DNA from: a virus
DNA length: 33,827 nt
Virus record (IMG/VR): IMGVR_UViG_3300031853_000169
Direction: 5' to 3' (one strand)
In this document: positions 23,544 through 32,984 of the stretch, piece after piece
Layout: each line of letters starts with the position of its first letter
How positions within the stretch are numbered: position 1 is the stretch's first letter
Position numbers and translations under genes: made by a program
The notes under the pieces: model-generated
What the model saw: only the letters and a program-made list of their open reading frames with translations
The model's database searches: none
Told to the model about the DNA's origin: nothing

Positions 23544-24599
23544 ATGAAAACATTAGAAGACCTCAACCTGAGCGTCAGGGCTTACAATGCAGTCAGGAGG
23601 TATGGCATCGACACGGTAGAGGAACTTTCTGAGCGGATAGATGAATTCAGCAATCATGCACCGAAGTACGGAGCAGAGGCAAGGAAGGCTCTCGAAGCTT
23701 CTGCTCTTCCGCAGATAGTAGAAAGTCCGGAGTATACAAGAGCTGTCGCCTTGCATCAGAAAATATGCACCAGTGCGGAGCTTGCACAGCAGAATCTTTA
23801 TGAGATGTGCAGAGGACTGAAAGAAATGCGTGACGAGAAGCTTTACAGGGAAATCGGATATCAGAATTTCGAGAACTACTGTAAAGCAGAGTTCAACATG
23901 ACAGACAGAAGTGCAAGGAACTATATTGCTATTATTGAAAATTTGTCAGAAGAAAACCGGAAAACGTTTTCCGGTTTGCAAGCATCAAAGCTCTTTCTCC
24001 TCGCAAAGCTCGACGAGCCTCAGAGAGAGGAGATTCAGCAGGCTGTAAACGTGGAGGAAGTCTCCGTCAGGGAGCTGAAAAAGCAGATAGCTCAGCTTGA
24101 AAAGGATCTCAAAGATCAGCAGGGAAACTATGCTATGCACACTAAACGCCGTGAAGATGAGATCGCCGGTTATAAAGAACGCCAGGACAAACTGCTCACC
24201 CGGAATAAAGAGCTTGTAAATGAACTGGAACGGACTGAAGAAAAACTGGATCAGGCCGAGAACGATCTCGATGAAGCCAATGAGACGGTGCAGAGCCTTT
24301 CACGGCAGCTTGAAGAACTCGAATCCCGTCCCCGTGACAGCTATGAGGATACTACCAAGATCGAAGAACTGAAAAAACAGCTTGCAGAAGCTGAACAGCG
24401 TGCCGGGGAAGCTAACAGGTCTGCGTACAGTGACAACGCTGTATTCAATGCGTATGCGTCAGCGGCTACAGATGCTATGCGTCGCCTTACTCAGTTTTGT
24501 GAGCAGCACAGCAGCAGCTCTGAAAAGACTGTATTCGTCACCAAGTTAAAAATGATCGTAACGCTCACCGGGCAGACGATAGAAAAATTAGGAGGTTAA
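23544..24599 (+). CDS. Protein with an N-terminal RNA polymerase alpha-CTD-like HhH domain, a DUF3102-like middle region and a long coiled coil
   Basis: LEDLNLSVRAYNAVRRYGIDTVEELSE closely resembles the bacterial RpoA C-terminal domain motif. Next comes KLYREIGYQNFENYCKAEFNMTDRSARNYI, then about 150 aa of coiled coil. AAGGAGG lies 10 nt before ATG 23544. Confidence 0.6.
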   Translation: MKTLEDLNLSVRAYNAVRRYGIDTVEELSERIDEFSNHAPKYGAEARKALEASALPQIVESPEYTRAVALHQKICTSAELAQQNLYEMCRGLKEMRDEKLYREIGYQNFENYCKAEFNMTDRSARNYIAIIENLSEENRKTFSGLQASKLFLLAKLDEPQREEIQQAVNVEEVSVRELKKQIAQLEKDLKDQQGNYAMHTKRREDEIAGYKERQDKLLTRNKELVNELERTEEKLDQAENDLDEANETVQSLSRQLEELESRPRDSYEDTTKIEELKKQLAEAEQRAGEANRSAYSDNAVFNAYASAATDAMRRLTQFCEQHSSSSEKTVFVTKLKMIVTLTGQTIEKLGG

Positions 24600-24600
24600 T

Positions 24601-25893
24601 ATGTCAGTAAAGATCAACACACTGGAACTTGAAAATGTAAAGCGTATCAAGGCACTCACCCTTGAACCCTCGCCCACCGGCCTTACCGTTATCGGAGGCA
24701 GAAACAACCAAGGCAAGACCTCAGTGCTGGACGCTATCTGCTGGGCATTGGGCGGCGAGAAGTACCGCCCGTCACAGGCTCAGCGTGAGGGAGCTCTCCT
24801 TCCGCCGGCACTGAAAGTCACTCTCAGCAACGGGATCATTGTAGAACGCAAAGGCAAAAACAGTGCTCTGAAAGTCACCGATCCCTGCGGAAATAAGTCA
24901 GGGCAGCAGCTCCTGAACAGCTTCCTTGAACCGCTCGCTCTTGATCTGCCGCAGTTCATGAACAGCAGCAATAAAGATAAGGCAAACACGCTCCTCCGTA
25001 TCATCGGCGTAGGAGATAAACTGTTCGAGCTGGAACGCCGGGAAAAGGAAATGTATGACAAGCGTCGTGCTATCGGTCAGATCGCAGACCAGAAAGCAAA
25101 GTACGCAAAAGAAATGGTCAGCTATGAGGGCGTTCCTGAAATGCCGGTATCCGCTTCTGAACTTATATCGCAGCAGCAGGCTATACTTGCAAGAAACGGT
25201 GAAAATCAGCGTAAGCGTCAGCTGAAAGCACAGTACGACTATGAGCTGGAGCAGGCTCGTCAGGCTCTTGATGAAGCAAAAAGGCGTTTTGCACAGGCCC
25301 AGATGAACGCTCAGGCTGCTGCCAGGTCAGCCGAGGATCTTGCAGATGAATCTACTGCGGAGCTTGAAAAGAATATCGCTGATATTGATACCGTCAACGC
25401 CAAGATACGTGCCAACCTTGACAAAGCAAAAGCTGAAGAAGAAGCCAGAGGCTACCACGAGCAGTATGACGCACTGACATTGCAGATAGAAAATGTCCGC
25501 AGAGAAAAGTATGAGCTGCTGAACAATGCTGACTTACCTCTGAAAGGCCTGTCTGTTGCTGACGGCGAGCTGACATTCGAGGGACAGAAATGGGATAATA
25601 TGAGCGGATCGCAGCAGCTCAGAGTCGCAGCCGCCATAGTCCGCAAGCTCAATCCCGAATGCGGATTCGTACTCCTGGACAAGCTTGAACAGATGGATAC
25701 CGATACACTGACAGAGTTCGGCCAGTGGCTTGAATCCGAAGGCTTACAGGCTATCGCTACAAGAGTCTCTACCGGAAACGAATGCAGTATCATCATTGAA
25801 GACGGATATATCGCAGGCAGCAGCATTCATGCTGAAGAACCCCCTGCCCCCGAACCGCCTAAGACAACTCCGTGGGGCAATGGAAAATTCTGA
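24601..25893 (+). CDS. SMC/RecF/SbcC-like ABC-type ATPase (AAA_23-like)
   Basis: Walker A GGRNNQGKTSVLDAI, a central coiled coil, the signature-like MSGSQQLRVAAAI and Walker B GFVLLDKLEQMD. Confidence 0.75.
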   Translation: MSVKINTLELENVKRIKALTLEPSPTGLTVIGGRNNQGKTSVLDAICWALGGEKYRPSQAQREGALLPPALKVTLSNGIIVERKGKNSALKVTDPCGNKSGQQLLNSFLEPLALDLPQFMNSSNKDKANTLLRIIGVGDKLFELERREKEMYDKRRAIGQIADQKAKYAKEMVSYEGVPEMPVSASELISQQQAILARNGENQRKRQLKAQYDYELEQARQALDEAKRRFAQAQMNAQAAARSAEDLADESTAELEKNIADIDTVNAKIRANLDKAKAEEEARGYHEQYDALTLQIENVRREKYELLNNADLPLKGLSVADGELTFEGQKWDNMSGSQQLRVAAAIVRKLNPECGFVLLDKLEQMDTDTLTEFGQWLESEGLQAIATRVSTGNECSIIIEDGYIAGSSIHAEEPPAPEPPKTTPWGNGKF

Positions 25894-25907
25894 AAGGAGA
25901 AACGAAT

Positions 25908-27011
25908 ATGATTTTTGAAGAAGTAAACGGCATCCAGACAGGCAGCGGTCTGAAAGTCGTTATCTACGGACAGGAGGGTGTAGGCAAGTCGACGCTTGCT
26001 TCACAGTTTCCGGGAGCTGTATTCATTGACTGTGAAGGCAGCACATCAAGAATGAACGTCCGCAGACTGCCGAAGCCTACAAGCTGGAAGATGTTCACGG
26101 ATGAATTCGAGTACATTCTCAGCTCGTGCAAGGCTAAGGGATATCAGACTGTTATCGTTGATACTTTCGACTGGGCTGAACGGCTGGCACTGGAAACGCT
26201 CTGCACCGAACACAATATCACAGGCATTGAGGGAATGAACTACGGAAAAGGCTGGGAATACGAAAAAGAAATGATAGGCCGTTTCCTCGACGGTACTGAC
26301 CGCCTTATCAAAGAAGGCGTGAATATAGTGCTCCTCTGCCATGCTATAAGCAGAAAGACAACGCTTCCGGAAGAGACGGAGGAATTTGACCACTGGGAAT
26401 TGAAACTCGGCAACAAGACCACTAACAAGATCGCTCCGCTCCTGAAGGAATGGTCTGATATGACTCTTTTCCTCGCCTTCCGCACCAACATTATCGCAGT
26501 TGACGATAAAGGAAAAAAACACAAAGCAACGTCCTGCGAACGTATCATGTATACCACGAAAACTGCGTGGTGGGACGCAAAAAACCGCTTCGGAATGCCT
26601 GACAAGCTCCCTCTCGCCTGGGAAAGCCTTGCACCGATCTTCGGCAGCGTTCCCGCTGCTGAGGCAGCACCGCCTGTAAATACTCCGCCTGCACAGCAGA
26701 TCATAGAAAAAGCTCAGCAGGCAGGCATTCAGACAGAGATGACCGATGCTGACGGTTTCGTGGATATCACACCGGCACCGCTTCCGTACCAGCGTGTACA
26801 GGGCATTCCCGATGCTCTTGCAGATCTCATGCAGCAGAGCAATGTCACGGCGGAACAGATCGAATATGTCAGCATCGATGTCCGTCACTACATGGCAAAC
26901 GGCATGAAAATACAGCAGTTTCCGACAGATTATCTTATGTACCTGACAACCATCTGGGATCAGGTCGTACAGCTCATCATTGAAAACTGCGACGACTACG
27001 TTCCATTCTAA
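25908..27011 (+). CDS. Sak4-like / AAA_24 RecA-fold ATPase
   Basis: VVIYGQEGVGKSTLAS Walker A and TVIVDTFDW Walker B. AAAGGAGA ribosome-binding site before ATG 25908; the track start at 25872 overlaps the upstream gene. Confidence 0.75.
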   Translation: MIFEEVNGIQTGSGLKVVIYGQEGVGKSTLASQFPGAVFIDCEGSTSRMNVRRLPKPTSWKMFTDEFEYILSSCKAKGYQTVIVDTFDWAERLALETLCTEHNITGIEGMNYGKGWEYEKEMIGRFLDGTDRLIKEGVNIVLLCHAISRKTTLPEETEEFDHWELKLGNKTTNKIAPLLKEWSDMTLFLAFRTNIIAVDDKGKKHKATSCERIMYTTKTAWWDAKNRFGMPDKLPLAWESLAPIFGSVPAAEAAPPVNTPPAQQIIEKAQQAGIQTEMTDADGFVDITPAPLPYQRVQGIPDALADLMQQSNVTAEQIEYVSIDVRHYMANGMKIQQFPTDYLMYLTTIWDQVVQLIIENCDDYVPF

Positions 27012-27023
27012 GGAGGAATAATT

Positions 27024-27608
27024 ATGGATTATCAGAACAACTACAGCAACCCCTACAGCAGCTATCAGCAGCAGGCTCAGACACAGCCTCAGTCAGACGG
27101 AGTGTTCGGCTGGGACGACGAGATCAAAGAGGAAAGCAGCTTCACACTGCTCCCGGAAGGCGACTATTCATTCACTATCAAGAAGTTTGAAAAGGGCAGA
27201 TATGACGGCGGTGAAAAGATACCTGCCTGCCCGAAAGCTATCGTCACATTCACCGTATACACAAATGACGGTCAGAGCGTCGACCTTCAGGAAAACTTCC
27301 TGCTTCACAAGAAAATGGAGTGGAAGCTGTCGGAGTTCTTCGCATCGATCGGATTGAAAAAGAAGGACGAACCTGTCCGTATGCTCTGGACTCCCGAACT
27401 CATCGGCAGGCAGGGCATCTGCAAGGTGATCGTACATAATTACAAGAAGGACGGTGAAAACAGACAGACTAACCGTATCGAGAAGCTCTATCCCAGTTAT
27501 AATCAGCCTGTACTTGCACCACCGGCTCAGCAGGCACCGCCTCAGCAGTACCAGCAGCCGTATACACCGCCTCAGCAGACGCAGCCGTGGCAGCAGGGCT
27601 GGAAATAA
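27024..27608 (+). CDS. DUF669-like protein (SSB-like partner of AAA_24 ATPases) with Q/P-rich termini
   Basis: The core FTLLPEGDYSFTIKKFEKG...GICKVIVHNYKKDGENRQTNRIEKLY and its position after the Sak4-like gene support the call. AAGGAGG ribosome-binding site. Confidence 0.6.
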   Translation: MDYQNNYSNPYSSYQQQAQTQPQSDGVFGWDDEIKEESSFTLLPEGDYSFTIKKFEKGRYDGGEKIPACPKAIVTFTVYTNDGQSVDLQENFLLHKKMEWKLSEFFASIGLKKKDEPVRMLWTPELIGRQGICKVIVHNYKKDGENRQTNRIEKLYPSYNQPVLAPPAQQAPPQQYQQPYTPPQQTQPWQQGWK

Positions 27609-27632
27609 CGAAGGCATTAAAGGAGGTTAAAA

Positions 27633-29222
27633 ATGGAACTCAGACCATATCAGGAAGAAGCACGGAAAGCGGTCTGGGGAGAATGGGAACAGGGCAGAGA
27701 TAAAACTCTGCTCGTTCTTCCCACAGGCTGCGGGAAAACTATCGTATTTGCGACTATCGCAGAAGATTCAGTCAAAAAAGGCAGTCGTGTCCTCATACTC
27801 GCCCACCGTGGAGAGCTGCTTGATCAGGCTGCCGATAAGATAATGAAAGCTACCGGCCTCGGCTGCTCGGTCGAAAAAGCTGAACAGAGCTGTCTCGGTC
27901 AGTGGTACAGAGTGACTGTGGGAAGCGTTCAGACTCTTATGAGAGCAAAGCGTCTTGAGCAGTTCAGCCGTGATCATTTCGGCACTATCATCATTGATGA
28001 AGCTCATCATGCCGTATCCGAAAGCTATCAGGTCATACTCAGGTACTTCGACAAGGCTAAGGTACTCGGAGTTACAGCAACTCCCGACCGTGGAGATCAG
28101 AAGAATCTCGGTAAGGTATTCGACAGCCTTGCCTATGAGTACACACTCCCTCAGGCTATAAAGGAAGGTTATCTCACGCCGATCAGAGCTTTGACTGTCC
28201 CGATAAAGATAGACTTCACAAAGGTCGGAACGTCCGCAGGCGATTACAAGCCCAATGACATTGCAACAGCTCTCGATCCGTATCTCGAACGTATCGCAGA
28301 AGAAATGGCAAATCACTGCACCGGCCGCAAAACGGTCGTATTTCTTCCGCTTATCAAGACATCGCAGAAATTCCGTGACATTCTGAACAGACACGGCTTC
28401 CGTGCCGCAGAAGTGAACGGCAATTCCGATGACCGTGAGCAGATACTGAAAGACTTCGCTGACGGCAGATACAACGTGCTGTGCAACTCAATGCTCCTGA
28501 CCGAAGGCTGGGACTGTCCGGAAGTTGACTGTATCGTGGTGCTTCGCTCCACAAAGGTGAGAGCGTTGTACTGTCAGATGGTAGGCCGTGGGACGAGACT
28601 TGCCAAGGGAAAGGATCATCTGCTGCTGCTCGACTTCCTGTGGCACACCGAACGCCATGAACTATGCCGTCCCGCCTGCCTTATCGCAGAGAGCGAGGAA
28701 ATATCGGAGAAAATAACCGAAAAGATAGCAGAGGCAGGCTGTCCCGTTGATCTTGAAGAAATGGAGCAGGCAGCCAGCGAGGATGTTGTCCGTGACCGTG
28801 AAGCAGCTCTCGCTGAAAAACTTGAAAAACTGAAAAAACGAAAATCAAAGCTGGTAGATCCGATGCAGTATGCTATGAGCATACAGGATAATTCTCTGAG
28901 CAGCTATGTGCCGTCATTCGGATGGGAGCAGAATCCCGTGACAGAATCGCAGAAAAAAGACCTTGAAAAGAGAGGCATTGATCCGAACGCAGTCGATACC
29001 GCCGGCAGAGCCGAACAGATACTCCGTGCCTGTGCTCAGAGGCAGCTTGCGGGACTTGCTACACCAAAGCAGATACGAATGCTCGAACGCTATGGTTTTC
29101 AGCACGTCGGCAGATGGAGCTTCACGGCTGCAACGAATATGATAACACGTATCGCAAGCATAGGCTGGAAAGGTGTTCCGTCAGGTGTTGATCCTATGAC
29201 ATTCGTTCCTCAGGAGGCATGA
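27633..29222 (+). CDS. Superfamily-2 DEAH-box helicase
   Basis: Motif I LPTGCGKT, motif II IIIDEAHHA, motif III VTATPDR, motifs V/VI LTEGWDCP...QMVGRGTR. Confidence 0.9.
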   Translation: MELRPYQEEARKAVWGEWEQGRDKTLLVLPTGCGKTIVFATIAEDSVKKGSRVLILAHRGELLDQAADKIMKATGLGCSVEKAEQSCLGQWYRVTVGSVQTLMRAKRLEQFSRDHFGTIIIDEAHHAVSESYQVILRYFDKAKVLGVTATPDRGDQKNLGKVFDSLAYEYTLPQAIKEGYLTPIRALTVPIKIDFTKVGTSAGDYKPNDIATALDPYLERIAEEMANHCTGRKTVVFLPLIKTSQKFRDILNRHGFRAAEVNGNSDDREQILKDFADGRYNVLCNSMLLTEGWDCPEVDCIVVLRSTKVRALYCQMVGRGTRLAKGKDHLLLLDFLWHTERHELCRPACLIAESEEISEKITEKIAEAGCPVDLEEMEQAASEDVVRDREAALAEKLEKLKKRKSKLVDPMQYAMSIQDNSLSSYVPSFGWEQNPVTESQKKDLEKRGIDPNAVDTAGRAEQILRACAQRQLAGLATPKQIRMLERYGFQHVGRWSFTAATNMITRIASIGWKGVPSGVDPMTFVPQEA

Positions 29223-29223
29223 A

Positions 29224-31455
29224 ATGAACTATAAAAATGATAATTTAGAAGAACTCCTCGATTATATTGATCCTTCTGAGCTTGACTATCAGCAATGGTG
29301 CGGCATAGGAATGGCTCTGAAAGATTCTGGTTATGATGTGTCTGTCTGGGACGCATGGTCAATGCGTGATGCTTCAAGATATCATAAAGGCGAATGTGAA
29401 AAGAAATGGCGTACTTTCAACGGCAGCGACACTCCTGTAACTGCCGGTACTATCGTAAAAATGGCTTTAGACGGCGGATATCATCCTCCGTCCAAAGCTT
29501 CTGACAAAGTGCTTGCCTGGGATGATATTATCGGCGAAGAATACACCGTCACATCTGCCGAGGATACTCAGGAGCTTCCGATACATGAGCCGAAGTTGTG
29601 GGATCCTGCATCAGAGATACGCAGATATATCGAAGCACTGTTCGACATGAACGATATCGTAGGCTACGTGACAGAGGTGTGGAAAGACGAAGCTGACGAC
29701 GGAAAATTCAAGCCGAAAGCCGGAAGCTATGACCGCACCGCTGGTCAGCTTCTACAGGAACTTGCAAGGTACGGCGGCGATATCGAATCGGTATTCGGCA
29801 CTATCAACGAAGAATGTGGTGCATGGATACGCTTCAATCCTCTGAACGGTCAGGGCGTGAAGAATGACTGCGTGGCTGACTACCGCTATGCTCTTGTAGA
29901 ATCAGACAGCATTCCTGTTGCACAGCAGAACGGCATCATGCACGATCTGAAGCTCCCGATCGCTGCACTCGTTTTCACAGGCGGAAAGTCACTGCACGCA
30001 ATTGTCAGGATAGAGGCCGGCAGTTTCAAGGAATACCGTGAGCGAGTCGAATTTCTGTATAAGATATGCGATAAGAACGGACTGCACGTTGACCGAAACT
30101 GCCGCAACCCCTCACGGCTTTCACGTCTGCCCGGTGTGATGCGGAACGGCAAAAAGCAGTTTCTTGTAGAGACCAACACCGGCTTTGCGTCATGGCAGGA
30201 GTGGAAGGAATGGATAGAATCTGTAAACGATGATCTCCCTGACTTCGAGGATATGACTGACACATGGGAGAATATGCCCGAACTTGCTCCGCCTCTCATT
30301 GAGAACGTACTGCGTCAGGGACATAAGATGCTTCTTGCCGGCCCTTCAAAGGCAGGAAAGTCCTTTGCACTCATAGAGCTTGCAATAGCTATAGCTGAGG
30401 GCAGGAAGTGGCTCGGCTGGCAGTGTGCCAAAGGGAAGGTGCTGTATGTGAACCTGGAGCTGGACAAAGCTTCCTGTCTGCATCGTGTAAAAGATGTGTA
30501 CAATGCACTGAAAATACCGCCTCAGAATCTGCACAACCTGCGTATCTGGAACCTGCGAGGCATGACAAAGCCTATGGACAAGCTGGCACCGTCGCTGATC
30601 TGGAGAGCAAAACGTGAAAACTTCCTTGCTGTGATCATCGATCCCATTTACAAAGTCATCACCGGCGACGAGAACTCAGCAGATCAGATGGCACATTTCT
30701 GCAACCAGTTCGACAAGGTGTGTACCGCTCTCGGCTGTGCAGTTATCTACTGTCACCACCATTCAAAAGGCAGTCAGGGCGGTAAGAGGAGCATGGACAG
30801 AGCTTCCGGCAGCGGAGTATTCGCCCGTGATCCGGACGCACTCCTTGATATGGTAGAACTTGAACTGACTGACGGCATCAAAAAGCAGCTGAAGAACAAT
30901 GAAGGCTGTATCGTATGTGCGGAGTATCTCAACAGATACGCTCCTGACGCTGCGAGAGATGCATCTCCGGACGACCTGCTGAATCGCAGCACATCAATGA
31001 AAATATGCTGTGATAATATGGCTCGTGATCCATATGAGCAGCTGAAAATCGCACTTGCTGAATCAGATCAGTATGTAGATCAGCTGACCGCCTGGAGAAT
31101 GGAAGGTACTCTCAGAGAATTCCCGAAATTCGCTCCGAAAAATCTGTACTTCAGGTACCCGATCCATGAGGAAGATAAGGTAGGCGTGCTGAAAGACTTG
31201 CAGACTGATTCAGAACTTGCTTCATGGCAGCGGGGTGCTAAAAAAGGTCATGAACGCCAATCTGCAAATGCTAAAGCGAAAGCAGCTGACAAAAACGCTG
31301 AGCTTATCAATACTTTCAATGCAGTCAACGTTGACGGTAAGGTTTCGGTACAGGAGATAGCTGAATATCTCGGAGTAGAACGCAGAACTATTGAACGCAG
31401 GCTGCAAAAATGCAATGAACTTGAACTCAATAACGGTCAGGTCACACGAAAATAA
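29224..31455 (+). CDS. Primase-polymerase (AEP-type) fused to an AAA_25/RepA-like helicase ATPase, with a C-terminal HTH
   Basis: N-terminal PriCT-2-like WCGIGMALKD...WDAWS. AEP motifs LVESDS, GGKSLHAIV and DRNCRNPSRLSRLPG. Walker A AGPSKAGKSF and Walker B AVIIDPIYK. C-terminal VSVQEIAEYLGVERRTIERRL. Confidence 0.85.
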   Translation: MNYKNDNLEELLDYIDPSELDYQQWCGIGMALKDSGYDVSVWDAWSMRDASRYHKGECEKKWRTFNGSDTPVTAGTIVKMALDGGYHPPSKASDKVLAWDDIIGEEYTVTSAEDTQELPIHEPKLWDPASEIRRYIEALFDMNDIVGYVTEVWKDEADDGKFKPKAGSYDRTAGQLLQELARYGGDIESVFGTINEECGAWIRFNPLNGQGVKNDCVADYRYALVESDSIPVAQQNGIMHDLKLPIAALVFTGGKSLHAIVRIEAGSFKEYRERVEFLYKICDKNGLHVDRNCRNPSRLSRLPGVMRNGKKQFLVETNTGFASWQEWKEWIESVNDDLPDFEDMTDTWENMPELAPPLIENVLRQGHKMLLAGPSKAGKSFALIELAIAIAEGRKWLGWQCAKGKVLYVNLELDKASCLHRVKDVYNALKIPPQNLHNLRIWNLRGMTKPMDKLAPSLIWRAKRENFLAVIIDPIYKVITGDENSADQMAHFCNQFDKVCTALGCAVIYCHHHSKGSQGGKRSMDRASGSGVFARDPDALLDMVELELTDGIKKQLKNNEGCIVCAEYLNRYAPDAARDASPDDLLNRSTSMKICCDNMARDPYEQLKIALAESDQYVDQLTAWRMEGTLREFPKFAPKNLYFRYPIHEEDKVGVLKDLQTDSELASWQRGAKKGHERQSANAKAKAADKNAELINTFNAVNVDGKVSVQEIAEYLGVERRTIERRLQKCNELELNNGQVTRK

Positions 31456-31510
31456 ATTGCGACAAAAATTGCGACAGTTGGCTATTATATATATAGAAAA
31501 AATGTCGCAA
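31454..31510. repeat. Iteron-like repeats flanking an AT-rich tract; candidate replication origin
   Basis: AAATTGCGACA occurs at 31454-31464 and again at 31466-31476 as a tandem pair. An inverted copy TGTCGCAA is at 31503-31510. TATTATATATATAGAAAAAA lies between them. Confidence 0.45.
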
Positions 31511-31535
31511 AAAAAGACAAGTGAATTGAGCTATA

Positions 31536-31564
31536 ACAAATGGCTTAAATAGCCAGCCATTTGT
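31536..31564. other. 10-bp-stem hairpin adjacent to the iterons
   Basis: ACAAATGGCT-taaatagcc-AGCCATTTGT with no T-run. Confidence 0.4.
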
Positions 31565-31602
31565 CATACGCTCTCACATTCACTAAGGCGATCTGAAAGG
31601 AG

Positions 31603-31998
31603 TTGAGTAAAATAGATTTTTTCATAGATATGATACCGCCTACAGCTACTCATCAGCAAAAGGGATATACTGTAGTAAACGGCAAGCGAAAATACTACGA
31701 CAGGAACAATGGCGATGCTGAGCAGAAGCTTACTGCTTATCTTTCACAGCACAGACCGGTCAAGCCATTTACAGGAGCGTTACAGGTAATAGTCAAGTGG
31801 TGCTTTCCGATAAAAGCAAAGCATTACGACGGCGAACCATATACAAATAAGCCTGACGCAGATAACCTCTGCAAGGCTCTCTACGATATCATGACAAAGC
31901 TTGGTTACTGGAAAGATGACAGTCACATCTACAGCAGCATCACAGAAAAGTTCTGGGCTCAGCGTCCGGGACTGTACATCAGGATAGAGGAGATCTGA
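31603..31998 (+). CDS. rusA: RusA-family Holliday junction resolvase
   Basis: The KPDADNLCKALYDIMTKLGYWKDDSHI motif is present. TTG start immediately after AAGGAG, so the exact start is uncertain. Confidence 0.8.
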   Translation: MSKIDFFIDMIPPTATHQQKGYTVVNGKRKYYDRNNGDAEQKLTAYLSQHRPVKPFTGALQVIVKWCFPIKAKHYDGEPYTNKPDADNLCKALYDIMTKLGYWKDDSHIYSSITEKFWAQRPGLYIRIEEI

Positions 31999-32000
31999 CC

Positions 32001-32189
32001 ATGAAAGAACTGCTCATAAAAGCCGCAGAAACTATCCAGAGGCTCGGAGCATCAGCTCAGGACTGCAAGAGCTGTGCAAGGCTGCCGCTGTGCAATGCCT
32101 ACAAGGACGAGAACAACTTCGCAAATTGCGACTACAAGTGGATCCACGAGGAAGAAGTAAGGAGGCTGACTGATGAAAAAGTGCAGTGA
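32001..32189 (+). CDS. Hypothetical small Cys-containing protein (62 aa)
   Basis: ORF-track entry. Contains CKSC...C...C. Confidence 0.5.
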   Translation: MKELLIKAAETIQRLGASAQDCKSCARLPLCNAYKDENNFANCDYKWIHEEEVRRLTDEKVQ

Positions 32190-32418
32190 ATATTGCGGTG
32201 TCGCCTGCACAGACGGAAGCTGCCCGAACGCTCTGAGGGAGGAAAATCCGGAATACTACGAGATGTGCTACGGCACGCTGAAGAAAACGCAGTGCAGACA
32301 CTGTGCCTATAATCACGGCTGCGAGGACTGCTGCATAGCTTTCTACTCTGACAGAACTGTTCAGCAGTGCCAGTCAGATCATGGACTGAGGAGGAAAGCT
32401 GATGATCTCCGGCCGTGA
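32173..32418 (+). CDS. Hypothetical Cys-rich protein (81 aa, 11 Cys)
   Basis: AAGGAGG ribosome-binding site 7 nt upstream. The Cys pattern suggests metal or Fe-S binding. Confidence 0.55.
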   Translation: MKKCSEYCGVACTDGSCPNALREENPEYYEMCYGTLKKTQCRHCAYNHGCEDCCIAFYSDRTVQQCQSDHGLRRKADDLRP

Positions 32419-32548
32419 AACGATATGCTCTCAGCAGCTCCACTGTCTGAGCTGTCCGCTGTCTGTGATCCGGACGGGTAAGGACTGCCGGGAGCTGAGT
32501 TTGCAGGAGATACGGAAAATTATGAAGGAGGATAAAAATAATGCGTGA
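32402..32548 (+). CDS. Micro-ORF (48 aa) with a CxxxxxCxxC motif
   Basis: Absent from the ORF track. GAGGAGG lies 7 nt before ATG 32402. Its stop overlaps the YopX gene start (ATGCGTGA). Confidence 0.5.
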   Translation: MISGRETICSQQLHCLSCPLSVIRTGKDCRELSLQEIRKIMKEDKNNA

Positions 32549-32984
32549 GATATTATTCAGAGGGCAGACAAGACGTAAAGGTGAAAAAGTTTGGATGGAC
32601 GGCAGCCCTGTTGAAAGCAACTGGGTATATGGAGGAGTGTTAAAAGGGAATGGCGACCATTCTATCATTTATCAGACAGAACCTGATATTGCGAAAAAAG
32701 TTGTCTATTCCGATACACTCGGACAATTCACAGGTCTGACCGACAAGAAAGGTGCGAAGATCTTCGAGGGTGACATAGTTGAGTACGAAACTGGGAAAAA
32801 GACTCGGATCGGCAGAGTGTTCTTCTCGGACTTTCGTGCCAGTTTTTCAGTTACAGCGGGGAAGAATGGCAGTGCCAGGATTAATAACGACCTCTTTAAT
32901 TACATACAGAACGGAAACAGCGTCACAGTTATCGGCAATATCTACGATGATCCGGAGCTGATAGGAGGTGCTGAAAATGACTGA
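32541..32984 (+). CDS. YopX-family protein
   Basis: ILFRGQ...WVYGG...TLGQFTGLTDKKGAKIFEGDIV...VIGNIYDDPELI matches the YopX pattern. Confidence 0.8.
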   Translation: MREILFRGQTRRKGEKVWMDGSPVESNWVYGGVLKGNGDHSIIYQTEPDIAKKVVYSDTLGQFTGLTDKKGAKIFEGDIVEYETGKKTRIGRVFFSDFRASFSVTAGKNGSARINNDLFNYIQNGNSVTVIGNIYDDPELIGGAEND

